Of a DNA stretch of 64,000 nucleotides, positions 12,201-18,783 are shown piece by piece. Under the pieces are notes generated by a model. The model ran no database searches. It saw only the letters and a program-made list of their open reading frames with translations, and had not been told where the DNA came from. The DNA lies in assembly GCA_947575275.1 (NCBI GenBank), contig CANPMS010000007.1, positions 12 to 64,011 on the forward strand. Reading direction: 5' to 3'. A program made the position numbers and the translations under genes. The stretch's first letter is position 1. The number at the start of each line of letters is the position of its first letter. This DNA comes from an uncultured Clostridium sp. (GTDB lineage: Bacteria; Bacillota; Clostridia; Lachnospirales; Lachnospiraceae).

Positions 12201-12431
12201 ATGACCGCCTTTGAGATGGGAAGACTGACCTCGGGAAGTGCAGGACATTTCCGGTTTATCGGAGCAGCAGGAGAGGATTTTGTAAACAAGTACAGAGATT
12301 TTAGATTCCCTGTGAGAGGAACAGGGCAGGAGGCAAAGCAGTACATGGACGGAAGCGGAGCTGGAGCCGTGGGTTCTAAAGAGAAATATCTGCTGAAGTA
12401 CAAGGTGGAGCTTGATCCGGGAAGAAGATAA
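204..12431 (+). CDS. Giant secreted multi-module parallel beta-helix protein (about 4075 aa), adhesin- or fibre-like, function unknown
   Basis: Uninterrupted ORF 183-12431. Best start is ATG 204 (AAGGGA at 191-196, 7-nt spacer). Signal peptide MKNIRKMTAFVLCLLMLLPTQGITALA/EA. Eight copies of the beta-helix cap motif [VI][YF][LI]xGxxGxDxxxGxxPxxx[VI][KR][TS]. Many GGG[IV]Y and FxxN turns of the PbH1/Pmp type. No LPXTG, SLH, choline-binding or dockerin motif seen. Confidence 0.9.
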   Translation: MKNIRKMTAFVLCLLMLLPTQGITALAEAGIGERIRMTIPLEESGEEKEEAVMPERVSAVMLLEPMEDTEGSAGEKKVTVTLPLEFVETAVASASEAEQESALRQGAIYWNPGGSLPAELLASASEAYEQTATFSNSLTAATVSNAAKGNDRSDGLSPERPVKSLETALLRADELAQEEGLDRSDITIYAMSPMEVEDGHMYVLNGGGVRIASWDGRSYLNDTIFYLNGGQLTLMNASLESGSSQADAGESQLIHVDGGALQFGAGVELEGRIVMDYRQTKERAEWETATASDAAKATGSSWTETGAGNAGFDINDYILNTEEDEWELLEETSKESSWREPIIQLVEGFEGFSKAYLLEIRGEEDLSAVTLACTLYADEVSNEEFESFFQIKDFSGGQWSLHSTSREAAMVHDTGTADLERFLAEMRSGISPLSLEDGSEAGMAVDSEPAADTDSSSVAASASTPAAITVKQLSAVRGATGQATYWNPGPEFVYGGTLYPAGSDINYDGSTPDTPVLTLGRAMNLAAFRGGSIIVMQTLEFSGSGDRDPVNYLTTMSGNSMSAGAGNFVVGGENGYIPTLKVWDVTNAPVFLLNSPGGTLKLQNIKFEGVTSSSGQEILDRPAILDAPDGSGRGGQKLIVGDNVTAETGYIEILAENYRTHQENTDSSLKIQADSITNVNVHLFYSGINDNSLYCYMDVIAPTDTLLSPNATDAQKQEMGQKLMGCYHLTRHNKKPEHGGSSLFDWTLRQDTSEDGQVRPQRLELHAPDCSAYDAVYLDVVNGNDNNRGNACEYPVKTWAKAREIWEREMTRSVQARTAAMQQNPNLSPEKLNENYPCPSTIYICSTVTIAGSAVWTMPERVMDWDNTPIYPEISSHLIEGTGSRRHTDPQTLITVGNGSSLTLENVKIRNASDKTGNTTIRVSGGALLLRGTTTLTGERLAAPGIEAKEVTRGIHVEAVSGSSVTMDTGWSGSIENTQQGIVATGSGTTVTMGGGTIRRNNSYDPEVIENAQKKGGGIIVSGGAEFTMNGGSISQNKAWAYGGGVYVSGNGSKFTMNGGSSVSDNGVSDNTTAGETLKKTNVAENAYGVGIFGEQDTTITIGEQNGSSPAVVSNNKGYAGYGMGVCSYGTLYINYAQIKDNRGDTTFNGSENNGSQSPQYAVYGVGVSVLENGRLVLRKAQIMGNRVQRPDAIPDTELSSYYERAYGAGVYLGDCPNRDTVGIQDSVITDNRSGLTYTDDNGEPGSLGGGIYLGENRWMMLNNSTISRNRAGDGAGIYAKGEDAYISGCTIEENAATFSPAASETPVPEHLRTGGVKIITEYRSGTAVLDDCFVSSNKGVGVYGGVLNFQIHGSNVRTTISGNTGTGVVREFADDGVCLFLCNNIEVSQNGNGGVRANNGKLGFLDVEIKENRGEYGAGLTIEGSAPWTAVYPGTGSMSGPQVLLRNVSITNNNAIKNGGGVYIDNGTSHVCFTNVRVNGNTAAGDGGGVYIGSSSRQKIYWTQDNGGTSTLQGNSAKRGGGIYREKLNEPYAGENAHLLVYEIPSGTGNTAKEQGKDLYLREGGLYLLDGIFAAKEGEKYGIYLDVQSGGAKNHINFKKIGDKLGSICLNTADSALSCLAAPNAGSGVMGKIHLNESNFQPGSVVLKPVNQTSLGVYMAVPGLASGTVTSNFHLGNLRTDTYSLKDASTGLDLLSPGKLPRRTQLTKAQDPANNQLTNVILQGEGVYLSGTGDDNHSGTSPDQPVKTFEKAKSVLREQINGKSTSPDGYAPYIYICDTVNLNGNQTWEMDGTDTLYTVTNAAFKTSEQQANPNVDEEDLQPQLRRYGACVNKPMITVENGAVTMNKIIIDGMAHAVGGATPGSNPVIQVLQGGSMTLTGEAQVRNNRGTGIQVQGNGSLTLNGNQGETNAQLKDIDGAAVELAGELDSTTLGWLGSLTMNGYSGIVSERRRVDPGSGQPANRIGVKVSGKGVAVRMNGNSSIRAEDAAVFHTGVSFPYVFTHGKHQAPNWGDSIKGQLVDKLEMLGNSRIENCETGVYVAQDFVAVMMNGTIDYTPEGYVTHQASGNASDSAKIKVANTGSDVRGIWSDSIEGTMIEMHHQAKIYREDSANPSVREGRGIVYTFPEEHKGDLVADANRFYNNWLNMKDTCMISGFSIGIDNLAIDLAGGDQGCGQIINNRTGVRVDQRSLAGTNFRGTSSFIPGGGVISDNDEWGIQVIHSQGKLEVGNQRAIRGNGYGGIQLGEHPAGKTSEIIIRDSGCIENNGVNRPAGGGGGTGIETVGLPGGSAGSSLAWSITLQDTAAVKNNHLAQNQSRSEIYINAESTLELKDTASVVSDVSMQHADASAIHAEGQLTMAGTVSVEGKIHLTNPAYPIKLTMPVSGGKSYSLWLAEVFLGENVVVPAPTLTSAAPYQTNFVNAQAEGLASGKSIVAQGNNLMLAGENNVYLSGTGDDKNNGRSPSMAVRTFHRAKELLTTEDFTSGANIIIVQQVTIGSWRDAAGVLKPDNDWSFGANGTVQNNKNETWAPLVQRYDGYKGTMIGVQSGDNVTFKNIVIDGNKANVADSDSEMISISGGGKAVLGTGAVVQNGKRTSGDIAASKTAGILVSGGTLEMNGGTILGMELEVTGGAASAPMASALYCNNPAGSASGQVLFKTGEIRENQVSLQSGSGAAVVVAGKGQLDMTGGTIKQNTTTFTDNGSAENYGGALVVNDAFADIGYGVIQNNTGGKAGAIYYRSSLTEDTGFIRLSGGSISGNTGTDNAYGIYVGGRNFYLEGSACDIQDVIYLSDSRSPVIVSGDMYDTALSYKLLLNHGSEPNQYHKGSVVVEPDGKRVTDVAGSLAYFKLVSSAYTIDQGRSSDIAGQHANVSEDRCLVLTKSVFINGQAGDDANSGLTPSAAVKTFARAKEIGEQVDGGQPGYYVIYVCGAVANTTAETWELPNTAYMCRYTGFDVYDPNGAGATTERYNAYHGTLIQPEANLTIQNMAVSGRRIFDSPLCNGDSLIAVKENVEVVLEPGAILGLNNNTGSYMDLESEQYVPLSGEGGAVRIAAGGILRMNGGRITETDAAIGASIFVEASGTNDAGNGHLYLNNSPAIDGWVYLDGTGTATAAYVEPQTGYAPAAALQISLKNDYNGRTCVKYPDGITVGAAEMEHFVFEDSIVGLYEIISNGSRIELQQRNAIYLDGINGNDTYNGQTPETAVKSLKGVYQRIQALQQANPNSNAAGTVVYVVDTVSIPVSKRTVLRNVRKRDEITDKSYYEGVYQEYDNTSTLTSTIEVRGQVYFKRYSQPRDYNGGNNTYSGYNKSTLLNELFNVGSGSTLELWGMYLDGHSQETVSTNPLYDAKAVEAQAPLVSAEGELICGSMGEKGELTSTPMTFANNVNIRDKSTEGGVSIGQLNGAALYAGSAAGIELFEGAGNLDGKCSLNGVEFRNLKLGENVTAGATDIYYFGRELHVKNQTTFGGSVFLEGWGNTTNDAARRSSRFITVDLYGTPVTETFDVLIRDPYNRRKVVEYPASNPSGPADTQIKSYRMGEGTREYYHLVKNDTEKHVLELAISQQLYIDGVNGDDTASGLTPDSPIRTLKRAYQLLNRNAASTIFVVNTVTIDSDMTLDRNAYSSGAGETVRLLDAPTVRLTRYIQPDFARNNQNQAQAQGYTKGDFKGKLIEVADGNTLSLGEGMIVDGHSRQWIDESLPEELRVSRAGEAEAPLIFVQSGGMLELLEGSELRYNNNTFDSTAAQPGAAGSEGGAVYNRGAVTVSGAVFTENQAMKGEAAYQEGIFTIQSGVRGLEGQGFYLASTETGGVWTDHALRLGEKMPDAPMMTLKLEMDHAEPGREVIRFTDAGAYPTGADAEHKYFILGDTVPMGLFLVESENDGSVLELQDWKILKVEVPQDIYLAMVHTTDNLELGTIVGDGEDMFGSPEYEIRNTGSYDVKIFISGMDSDASVTSGINLKSTAAEVLGEDDLYLAVEGADTDAGNGLTFGETALLTQGMTAFEMGRLTSGSAGHFRFIGAAGEDFVNKYRDFRFPVRGTGQEAKQYMDGSGAGAVGSKEKYLLKYKVELDPGRR

Positions 12432-12439
12432 GAAAAAGA

Positions 12440-12484
12440 ACAGACAGTGTGAAAGGAAAAATCCGTTTCACACTGTCTGTTTTA
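12440..12484. terminator. Bidirectional rho-independent terminator shared by convergent genes
   Basis: 15-bp perfect stem acagacagtgtgaaa (12440-12454) / tttcacactgtctgt (12466-12480), A-rich before and TTT after. Confidence 0.8.
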
Positions 12485-12500
12485 CATTGTGCCCTTACTT

Positions 12501-15500
12501 CTAAGCTCCCCTCACGTCCAGATTCTTCTGTGCGGTGGCAAGCATCAGTTTGATGCGGTTTAGCTGGTTTACCTCACTGGCGCCGGGGTCGTAGTCCACA
12601 GCAATGATGTTGGCATCCTGATGAGCGTGGCGCAGTTCTTTGATAACGCCCTTGCCAACGATGTGGTTTGGCAGACATCCAAAGGGCTGGGTACATACAA
12701 TGTTTTTGACGCCGCTGTGAATCAGCTCCAGCATCTCTCCGGTTAAAAACCAGCCTTCTCCTGTCTGATTCCCTAAGGAGACATATTCTTTTGCCATATC
12801 TGCCAGCTCCCAGATGCGGGACGGGGGCGTAAAGTGGCGGCTGGCAGCAAGCTCCTTCCTCGCCACTTTTCGGAAGTATTCTAAAAGGGAAATTCCCAGG
12901 TTGCAGAGGCGTGCGGCGGACCGCTTTCCGCCCAGATGCTCTGCCTTGAAGTTGCTGTTGTAGAAGCAGTAGAGCAGGAAGTCCATTAAATCAGGCATCA
13001 CTGCCTCCGCGCCTTCTGCCTCCAAAAGCTCTACAATATGGTTGTTTGCCAGAGGGGAGAACTTGACAAGGATTTCTCCCACAATTCCTACCTTCGGTTT
13101 CTGTTCTCCAGTTCTTGGAAGGCGGTCAAAATCCCGCACGATTCCGCGAATATTGCGTCCGAATTCTATCATATTGGCGGATCTTTTCGACAGGGAAGCG
13201 ATACAGCGCGCTTTCCACTTTGCGTGCAGCGCGTTTGCTGACCCCGCCTCCCTCTCATAGGGGCGTGTCGCATAGAGAACACGCATAAACACGTCTCCAT
13301 AGACAATCGCCTGCATCGCCTTTGTGATCAGACCCGGAGTGAAGGTGAAGCCCGGGTTGGTCTCCATACCGTTGGCGTTGACGGATACAACGGGCACCTG
13401 CGGCATTCCTGCCTTTTCCAGAGCCCGGCGGATAAAGCCGATGTAGTTGGAAGCACGGCAGCCGCCGCCGGTCTGGCTCATCAGCACAGCAGTGCGGTTT
13501 AAGTCGTACTTACCGGAGAGAAGCGCTTCCATAACCTGACCGATAACAATCAGAGACGGGTAGCAGGCGTCGTTATTGACGTACTTAAGTCCCATGTCAA
13601 TGGCGGAGCGATTGTCGTTTTGGAGCACCTCAAGCTTGTAACCAAAAGCGCGGATTGCCGGTTCCAGTAAATCAAAGTGAATCGGAGACATCTGCGGACA
13701 GAGAAGCGTATAGTCTTTTTTCATCTCCTTGGTAAATATAACCCGGTTGTAAGCGCTGGAAACCACCTGATGTTCCGTGTTCTTCTGCTGGCGCACCTTA
13801 AGCGCTGCAATCAGGGAGCGGATACGGATGCGCGCGGCCCCCAGGTTATTTACCTCATCGATCTTCAGCGTCGTGTAGATCTTTCCAGAGCCGGTGAGAA
13901 TGTCATGCACCTGATCTGTGGTGACTGCGTCCAGACCGCAGCCAAAGGAATTAAGCTGGATCAGATCCAGAAAGCTTTTGTTCTTCACATAGGAAGCCGC
14001 CTTGTAAAGCCTGGAGTGGTACATCCACTGGTCTGTGACAATAAGAGGGCGTTCCGGATCCGCCAGATGGCTGACGGAATCCTCCGTGAGAACCGCAAGA
14101 CCGTAGGAGGTAATCAGCTCCGGGATTCCGTGATGAATTTCCGGGTCTACATGGTAGGGACGTCCTGCCAGCACAATGCCGTGACGGTGGTTTTCCTGAA
14201 GCCATGCGACGGTTTCCTCGCCCTTCTTCTCCATGTCCCGGCGGACAGCCAGAAGCTCCTGCCAGCCGGCATGAGCTGCATCCAGGATCTCTGTGGCGGG
14301 GATGTTGTACTCCCTGCCAAATTCCACTACCAGCCGCTTTGTCAGCACATCCTCGTTGGTAAATGCCAGGAAGGGACTGAAAAAGTGAACGTTAAACTCA
14401 GACAGTTCCTCCACGTTATTTTTGATGTTTTCCGCGTAGGAGGTCACCATGGGGCAGTTGTAGTGATTGCCCGCCTCCGGCGTCTCATTTCGCTCATAGG
14501 GGATACAGGGATAGAAAATATCCCGGACTCCCTGTTTGATCAGCCAGCTGATATGACCGTGAACCAGCTTTGCCGGGTAGCACTCCGACTCGCTGGGGAT
14601 GGATTCGATACCCAGCTCGTAGATGCGTTTTGTGGAGTGGGGCGATAAAACAACCCTAAAGCCCAGCTTTTGGAAGAACACCGCCCAGAAGGGGAAGTTC
14701 TCGTACAGGTTCAGCACCCGCGGGATACCCACCGTTCCACGGGATGCTAAATCCGGTGTCAGGGGTTCGTAGCCGAAGGTGCGCCGATACTTGTAGTCAA
14801 AGAGGTTGGGAACCTCCTGTTTGACTTTGTCCTTGCCCAGTCCGTGCTCGCAGCGGTTTCCGCTGATAAACCGGCGTCCGCCGCTAAAGCTGTTGACGGT
14901 CAGTACGCAGTGGTTGGTACAGCCTTTGCAGCGTGTCATAGAGGTATCGTACTGCAGCGAGAGGATCTTATCCAGCGGAAGCATGGAGGTATCCCGGCAG
15001 TGGCTGCAGCGTTCTCTGGCAATCAGCGCCGCTCCGAATGCGCCCATGATTCCGGCGATGTCGGGACGCACAGCCTCACAGCCGGATATAACCTCGAAGC
15101 TTCTGAGAACCGCATCGTTATAAAAGGTGCCCCCCTGAACCACCACATGGGAGCCCAGGTCAGAGGAGCTTGTGATCTTAATTACCTTAAACAGGGCGTT
15201 CTTAATGACCGAGTAGGCAAGCCCGGCAGAAATATCCGCCACGGTAGCGCCCTCCTTCTGCGCCTGTTTTACATTGGAGTTCATGAAGACGGTGCAGCGG
15301 GAGCCCAGATCGGTGGGATTCGCCGCGAACAGCGCTTCTTTTGCAAAGTCCTTTACGTTGTAATTCAGGGATTTGGCAAAGGTTTCAATAAAGGAGCCGC
15401 AGCCGGAGGAGCATGCCTCGTTGAGCTGTACACTGTCCACCGTGCCGTCTTTGATTTTAATGCACTTCATATCCTGTCCGCCGATGTCCAGAATACAGTC

Positions 15501-16766
15501 TACCTGTGGATCGAAGAAGGATGCGGCGTAGTAGTGGGATACGGTCTCCACCTCGCCTTCATCCAGCATCAGCGCTGACTGTAAAAGCGCCTCACCGTAG
15601 CCGGTAGAGCAGGACCAGGCAATATGTGCCGTGTCGGGAAGCTGCTCTTTAATCTCGCTGATGGCGCGGATTGCAGTGGCGATGGTGTTTCCGTTATTGT
15701 TGTCATAGAAGTGGTACAAAAGGCTTCCATCCTCGCTTACCAGAGCCACCTTTGTGGTGGTAGAACCGGCATCGATACCGAGATAGCAGTTGCCGCTATA
15801 AGTGGACAGATCTCCCTTTTTTACTTCATGGAGCGTGTGGCGTTTCTGAAACGCGTCGTAGTCCTCCTGAGAGGAGAACAGAGGCTCCATCCGCTTGACC
15901 TCAAACTCCAGTCTGATTCCAGAGGAAAGTCTGTCAATCAGCTCTTTCAGGGATACAGATGTATTCCTGTCTGCATTCATGGCTGCTCCCACGGCAGCGA
16001 AAAGATGGGAGTGCTCCGGCGCAACGATATGGTCGCTGTCCAAGTTCAGCGTTCTGATAAATGCCCGCCTAAGCTCCGGTAAGAAGTGAAGCGGACCGCC
16101 GAGAAACGCCACCGTGCCTCGGATAGGCTTTCCGCAGGCAAGACCGCTGATGGTCTGGTTCACCACCGCCTGAAAAATGGAAGCGGATAAATCTTCACGG
16201 GTTGCCCCCTCGTTGATTAGCGGCTGAATATCCGATTTGGCAAATACGCCGCAGCGCGCTGCGATGGGATAAATCATCTGATAGTTTTTTGCGTACTCGT
16301 TAAGACCGGAGGCATCTGTCTGCAAAAGCGCTGCCATCTGGTCGATAAAAGAGCCGGTGCCTCCTGCGCAGATACCGTTCATGCGCTGATCTACACCGCC
16401 GGTGAAATAGATAATCTTGGCGTCCTCCCCGCCCAGCTCGATCGCCACATCCGTCTGAGGAGCGAAATCCTTTAAGGCTGCTGCCACAGCCACAACCTCC
16501 TGTGTGAAGGGGATGGAAAGATGGGTGGAAAGAGTCAGACCGCCGGAGCCGGTGATGCTGGGACAGACGAAAATCTCGCCCAGCTTATCTTTTGCTCTTG
16601 TAAGCAAACGTGCGAGCGTCTCCTGAATATTGGCATAATGGCGCTCGTAATCTGTAAACAACATGCAGCTTTCGGCATCCAGCACGGCAACTTTTACTGT
16701 GGTGGAACCGATGTCGATTCCCAGTGTGTAATAAGTATTATGTAAGTTCATGTATGCGGGTATCAC
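12501..16766 (-). CDS. Acyl-CoA dehydratase activase-related fusion protein: two BcrAD/BadFG-type ATPase domains plus DUF2229-type C-terminal region, 1421 aa
   Basis: Two actin-fold ATPase starts ([20 protein letters not shown]). Each is followed by cluster-ligand contexts ([10 protein letters not shown]...[10 protein letters not shown] and [10 protein letters not shown]...[10 protein letters not shown]). Cys-rich CKGCTNHC...GNRCE segment at about 14840-14940. Start GTG 16766 lies 4 nt after AAGGAGG; ATG 16751 is an alternative. Confidence 0.85.
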   Translation of the reverse strand: MIPAYMNLHNTYYTLGIDIGSTTVKVAVLDAESCMLFTDYERHYANIQETLARLLTRAKDKLGEIFVCPSITGSGGLTLSTHLSIPFTQEVVAVAAALKDFAPQTDVAIELGGEDAKIIYFTGGVDQRMNGICAGGTGSFIDQMAALLQTDASGLNEYAKNYQMIYPIAARCGVFAKSDIQPLINEGATREDLSASIFQAVVNQTISGLACGKPIRGTVAFLGGPLHFLPELRRAFIRTLNLDSDHIVAPEHSHLFAAVGAAMNADRNTSVSLKELIDRLSSGIRLEFEVKRMEPLFSSQEDYDAFQKRHTLHEVKKGDLSTYSGNCYLGIDAGSTTTKVALVSEDGSLLYHFYDNNNGNTIATAIRAISEIKEQLPDTAHIAWSCSTGYGEALLQSALMLDEGEVETVSHYYAASFFDPQVDCILDIGGQDMKCIKIKDGTVDSVQLNEACSSGCGSFIETFAKSLNYNVKDFAKEALFAANPTDLGSRCTVFMNSNVKQAQKEGATVADISAGLAYSVIKNALFKVIKITSSSDLGSHVVVQGGTFYNDAVLRSFEVISGCEAVRPDIAGIMGAFGAALIARERCSHCRDTSMLPLDKILSLQYDTSMTRCKGCTNHCVLTVNSFSGGRRFISGNRCEHGLGKDKVKQEVPNLFDYKYRRTFGYEPLTPDLASRGTVGIPRVLNLYENFPFWAVFFQKLGFRVVLSPHSTKRIYELGIESIPSESECYPAKLVHGHISWLIKQGVRDIFYPCIPYERNETPEAGNHYNCPMVTSYAENIKNNVEELSEFNVHFFSPFLAFTNEDVLTKRLVVEFGREYNIPATEILDAAHAGWQELLAVRRDMEKKGEETVAWLQENHRHGIVLAGRPYHVDPEIHHGIPELITSYGLAVLTEDSVSHLADPERPLIVTDQWMYHSRLYKAASYVKNKSFLDLIQLNSFGCGLDAVTTDQVHDILTGSGKIYTTLKIDEVNNLGAARIRIRSLIAALKVRQQKNTEHQVVSSAYNRVIFTKEMKKDYTLLCPQMSPIHFDLLEPAIRAFGYKLEVLQNDNRSAIDMGLKYVNNDACYPSLIVIGQVMEALLSGKYDLNRTAVLMSQTGGGCRASNYIGFIRRALEKAGMPQVPVVSVNANGMETNPGFTFTPGLITKAMQAIVYGDVFMRVLYATRPYEREAGSANALHAKWKARCIASLSKRSANMIEFGRNIRGIVRDFDRLPRTGEQKPKVGIVGEILVKFSPLANNHIVELLEAEGAEAVMPDLMDFLLYCFYNSNFKAEHLGGKRSAARLCNLGISLLEYFRKVARKELAASRHFTPPSRIWELADMAKEYVSLGNQTGEGWFLTGEMLELIHSGVKNIVCTQPFGCLPNHIVGKGVIKELRHAHQDANIIAVDYDPGASEVNQLNRIKLMLATAQKNLDVRGA

Positions 16767-16882
16767 CCTGCCTCCTTATCTAAAGCATATCGTGTTTAAG
16801 TTTAACATAAAACAGGAATCATTACAATTTGCAGAGCCGTAAAAAAATAGTTAAGAATTGAATGGAGCGGCAGGAGAAACGT

Positions 16883-16911
16883 TTGACAAACAGGCAGGCA
16901 GAAATTATAAT
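16883..16911 (+). promoter_or_regulatory. Sigma-A type promoter upstream of corA
   Basis: TTGACA (16883-16888), 17-nt spacer, TATAAT (16906-16911), about 40 nt upstream of the corA ATG. Confidence 0.55.
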
Positions 16912-16949
16912 AAAAAAGCTAAATAAAATGTAAAATAAGGAAGACGGAC

Positions 16950-17891
16950 ATGATTCGTATTTTTAAGACAGAAGAGGGTGTAATCCATCAGGTGGATGAG
17001 GCTGAGACCGGCTGCTGGATTGCACTGACGAACCCCACTGCCACGGAGATTTTGGAGGTGGCGGAGCAGTATGACATTGACCCGGACCATGTAAAGGCGC
17101 CTCTGGATGAAGAGGAACGCTCCCGTATCGAGACGGAGGAGAACTACAACCTGATCCTGGTGGATATTCCTATGATTGAGGAGCGCAACGAGAAGGACTG
17201 GTATGTGACGATTCCTATGGGTATTATTATGACAGATGATGTTATCGTTACCGTATGCCTGGAGGACACTCCGGTGCTTACTGCATTTATGGATGGTCGT
17301 GTGAGGGATTTTTATACTTATATGAAAACACGGTTTATCCTGCAGATTCTGTATAAGAATGCGTCTCTGTATCTGCAATATCTCCGTATTATTGATAAAA
17401 AGAGTGAGGTTGTGGAGAAAGAGCTTCACAAATCCCAGAGGAATCAGGAGCTGATTGAGCTTCTGGAGCTGGAGAAGAGCCTTGTATATTTTACCACGTC
17501 CCTCCGCTCCAATGAGGTGGTGCTGGAGAAACTCTTAAAAAGTGAGAAGATTAAGAAGTATCCGGAGGATACGGATCTTCTGGAAGACGTTATTATTGAG
17601 AATAAGCAGGCAATCGAGATGGCGAATATTTACAGCGGCATTTTAAGTGGAACGATGGACGCGTTTGCCTCCGTGATCTCCAACAATCTGAATATTGTTA
17701 TGAAGTTCCTTGCTACCATCACGATCGTTATGTCGATTCCCACAATGGTTGCAAGCTTCTACGGAATGAATGTGAACCATATGGGGATGCCGTTTGCAGA
17801 CAGTCCTTATGGGTTCTGGATTGTGCTGGCGTTTGCGGCGGCGCTGTCTGGTGTGGTTGCATGGATTTTCTCCAAAAAAAATCTGTTCTGA
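16950..17891 (+). CDS. corA: CorA-family magnesium/cobalt transporter
   Basis: 313 aa. Soluble N-terminal domain plus two C-terminal TM helices carrying the signature FYGMNV. RBS AAGGAAG. Confidence 0.9.
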   Translation: MIRIFKTEEGVIHQVDEAETGCWIALTNPTATEILEVAEQYDIDPDHVKAPLDEEERSRIETEENYNLILVDIPMIEERNEKDWYVTIPMGIIMTDDVIVTVCLEDTPVLTAFMDGRVRDFYTYMKTRFILQILYKNASLYLQYLRIIDKKSEVVEKELHKSQRNQELIELLELEKSLVYFTTSLRSNEVVLEKLLKSEKIKKYPEDTDLLEDVIIENKQAIEMANIYSGILSGTMDAFASVISNNLNIVMKFLATITIVMSIPTMVASFYGMNVNHMGMPFADSPYGFWIVLAFAAALSGVVAWIFSKKNLF

Positions 17892-17904
17892 GAAAGGAAG
17901 TAGT

Positions 17905-18741
17905 ATGGGCTTTTTCAACGAATTAGAGCGTAAGTATCAGAAGTTTGCCATTCGGAATCTGATGTATTACATTTTGTTTTTCTATGCGGCGGGGCTGATA
18001 ATATGGCTGGTAAATCCGATGATTTATTCCACATATCTGAGCCTGGATGCGGGAAAGATTTTACAGGGGCAGATTTGGCGTTTGGTCACATTCCTGATCT
18101 TTCCCCCTGCATTTGGAAACTGGAAGTTTACCCAGCTCTTATTTGGCGTGATTGCATTGTTTATGTACAACAGCCTTGGGCAGACTCTGGAAAATATCTG
18201 GGGTTCATTCCGCTTTAATGTATTCTTCTTTATGGGAGTTGTGGCGCAGATAGCTGCATCGTTTATCGGATATTTTGTATTCGGCCAAACCTGGCTCCTC
18301 ACTACAGGCTACCTGAATTCAGCAATTTTTCTGGCATTTGCCCTGTATTATCCTGATGCCTCGTTCCTTTTGTTTTTTGTGCTGCCCATCAAGGCAAAGT
18401 GGCTGGCGGTGGCAGAATGTGTGGTATACCTGTATGATTTCTTAAAGGGCGATGTCAGCACCCGTGTACAGCTGATTATTTCCCTGATTACCATTATTAT
18501 GTTTTTTGCGCTGACTCGTAACTACAAAAGATACGCACCAAAGGAGATTAAGCGAAAGCAGGAGTTTAAAAGAAGAGTTAAGATCATTCCCCAGGGTAAG
18601 ACCATGCACCGCTGTGCAGTCTGCGGCCGGACGGAGCTGGATGGTGAGAATCTGGAGTTTCGCTATTGCTCCAAGTGCGAGGGCAACTACGAGTACTGTC
18701 AGGATCACCTCTACACCCATCAGCATGTGACGAAACACTGA
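17905..18741 (+). CDS. Polytopic membrane protein, rhomboid-like fold without catalytic residues, with a C-terminal Cys-rich zinc-ribbon tail
   Basis: Start ATG 17905 after GAAAGGAAG; the ORF-track start 17794 overlaps corA. GQIWRLVTF loop motif as in rhomboids, but no GxSG or catalytic His context. C-terminus CAVCGRTELDGENLEFRYCSKCEGNYEYCQDHLYTHQH. Confidence 0.6.
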   Translation: MGFFNELERKYQKFAIRNLMYYILFFYAAGLIIWLVNPMIYSTYLSLDAGKILQGQIWRLVTFLIFPPAFGNWKFTQLLFGVIALFMYNSLGQTLENIWGSFRFNVFFFMGVVAQIAASFIGYFVFGQTWLLTTGYLNSAIFLAFALYYPDASFLLFFVLPIKAKWLAVAECVVYLYDFLKGDVSTRVQLIISLITIIMFFALTRNYKRYAPKEIKRKQEFKRRVKIIPQGKTMHRCAVCGRTELDGENLEFRYCSKCEGNYEYCQDHLYTHQHVTKH

Positions 18742-18783
18742 TACAAGGGAGGCAGACGATATTATAGTTAAGGAGAGCCGTTA

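Noticed and set aside
204-12431. Possibility that the giant ORF is an NRPS/PKS, an Rhs/YD toxin or an RTX protein
   Set aside because: I saw no adenylation, condensation, KS or AT motifs, no YD repeats, and no GGxGxD nonapeptide calcium repeats or C-terminal toxin-like domain. The repeats are beta-helix turns.
13677-14648. 323-aa plus-strand ORF inside the activase-related gene
   Set aside because: It is antisense to a frame with clear ATPase and Cys-cluster motifs. No start signals and no motifs.
17794-17904. Upstream extension of the membrane-protein ORF overlapping corA
   Set aside because: The extension overlaps the corA C-terminus in another frame. A good RBS and ATG at 17905 follow the corA stop.
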